DNA of 64,000 bases from positions 1,674,001 to 1,738,000 of the forward strand of contig CDPCPM010000370.1 in assembly GCA_976551045.1 (NCBI GenBank). Direction: 5' to 3'. The first letter of the stretch is position 1; each line of letters starts with the position of its first letter. Both the position numbers and the translations under genes were made by a program. Below are positions 63,345 to 64,000 of this stretch, in pieces. This stretch comes from Glaucostegus cemiculus (Eukaryota). The notes under the pieces are model-generated. The model worked only from the letters and a program-made list of their open reading frames with translations. It was not told the DNA's origin and searched no databases.

Positions 63345-64000
63345 CACACAAAATACTGGAGGAACTCAACATCCTGCCAGCCCTGCTGAGATCCCCCAGT
63401 CTTTTTTGTGTTGATCCAGACTCCATCATTTGGAGAGTATTTTGTGTCTTGGTTATTCTTGAGATGACTTTCAAAAAAATGATTTGCAAGTGGTCAATGT
63501 TGTTGAAACACAACGGATGCAGAATGCTTTTATCATCAACTTGCAACTTAGAATGTTGCTGCGTAATATGCAGGTTCGGAATTGAGAACGACATGAAGTT
63601 GGCCGATAACAATATGAGTTTAACATAATTTGTAGATTATTTGTCTCTATAATTATGTAATTTGCGTCATGTTTTGTTTTAATCTATTTCAATAAAAAAT
63701 CTATTTTGCTATCGCGAGCTTCAATATCAACTGAATCCTGCTGGCCCTGCTGAGATCCCCCTGCATTTTGTGTGTTGCTCTTGACTCCATAATTTGCAGA
63801 GTATCTTGTGTCTTGGTTATTCATGAGATGTCTTTCAAAATTATTTGCAAGTGGTCATTGTTATTGAAACACAACGGATGCAGAATGTTGTTAGATTGTT
63901 CTTAGAATGTTGTTGCGTAATATGCAGATTCGGAATTGAGAACGACTTGAAGTTGGCCGACAACAATATGGGTGTAACATAAATTTCCGATTATTTGTCT
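63345..64000. repeat. ~365-bp tandem duplication in the intron upstream of TM1
   Basis: 'tcctgccagccctgctgagatcccc...ttcggaattgagaacgac...gattatttgtct' recurs from ~63372 and ~63737. Confidence 0.8.

Overview
Cartilaginous-fish (shark/ray-type) antigen-receptor locus. Left end: a germline IgM-type heavy-chain cluster on the minus strand (leader-VH-D1-D2-JH, RSS spacers ~22-23 / 12-22 / 12-12 / 23); its constant exons would lie left of the window. Right end: the TM1/TM2 exons of a second, co-oriented IgH cluster. Between them lies an array of TCR alpha/delta V segments in both orientations: one fully intact, one open ORF lacking Trp41, and about seven pseudogenes or relics. The array also holds a complete but pseudogenised NAR-TCR cassette (leader-NARV-D-J-leaderless supporting V-delta) followed by three tandem 23-RSS-like units. 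Also present: CTCF-like motifs at recurring positions around V genes, a tRNA-Glu gene, CR1/Rex/Penelope-like retroelement relics, a fold-back Tc1 element, microsatellites and four N gaps. The main observation is that IgH clusters and TCR alpha/delta/NAR-TCR segments are physically interleaved, with RSS geometry that would allow cis Ig-TCR chimeric rearrangement. Gene-segment coordinates were read by hand; repeat boundaries are approximate.
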